A DNA stretch of 64,000 bases from Octopus vulgaris (Eukaryota): assembly GCA_951406725.2 (NCBI GenBank), contig OX597833.1, positions 71,982,001 through 72,046,000 of the forward strand, in the 5' to 3' direction. A model generated the notes under the pieces. It did no database searches. It was not told where the DNA came from and was given only the letters and a program-made list of their open reading frames with translations. A program made the position numbers and the translations under genes. Within the stretch, counting starts at the first letter, position 1, and every line of letters begins with the position of its first letter. Below, one piece after another: positions 63,800 to 64,000 of this stretch.

Positions 63800-64000
63800 C
63801 TAGCAGAGATACCCGGCGTTGCTTGGGATTAAAATGGCATAGTTTTTTATTGTTTTACTTGTTTCAGTCATATGAGCGCGGTATGACTCCTTCATGTATC
63901 ACCTGGTTAACTATACGGGTGACTAGGCTATAGCCAACACTGCCAGATATTTTGAGCATCTCTGCAGTGATTCCTGAAGGGCCGGGGGCTTTCCCTGTCT
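63800..64000 (-). mobile_element. Helitron-like 3' end
   Basis: Minus strand ends CCCAAGCAACGCCGGG-TATCTCTG-CTAG|T (GC hairpin plus CTAG terminus). Confidence 0.6.

Overview
Eukaryotic, AT-rich, intron-rich and repeat-rich animal DNA. The SINE/RTE repeat families and microsatellite load suggest a coleoid cephalopod such as octopus (inference, not verified). Four spliced protein-coding genes can be reconstructed by hand with GT-AG junctions and consistent phases: ETFB (minus, 6 coding exons, 257 aa, 10590->4217), PTPMT1 (plus, 4 coding exons, 188 aa, 22564->27499), a TALE homeobox PKNOX/Prep gene (plus, 9 coding exons, about 746 aa, 43810->53717, promoter near 36.1-36.2 kb) and the last 7 coding exons of an ABCC/MRP1-like transporter (minus, 63065->55751, continuing beyond the window). 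The rest is LINE relics (RTE, CR1/L2-like, Hero-like, CRE-like), two tRNA-derived SINE families, DNA-transposon MITEs, Helitron/Helentron pieces, an old unclassified ~250-bp repeat in roughly 25 copies, and microsatellites. No prokaryotic-type system, rRNA, tRNA gene or CRISPR array was seen, and I found no clear-cut new biological system. The best leads are several long hairpins in and around the PKNOX locus, Pbx-Prep/TGACAG motif clusters flanking PKNOX, uORFs in its leader, probable 3'-UTR introns with a PKNOX/ABCC antisense overlap, and unusual substitutions at functional residues of the ABCC pocket and PTPMT1. Most short ORFs in the supplied track are repeat or microsatellite artefacts.
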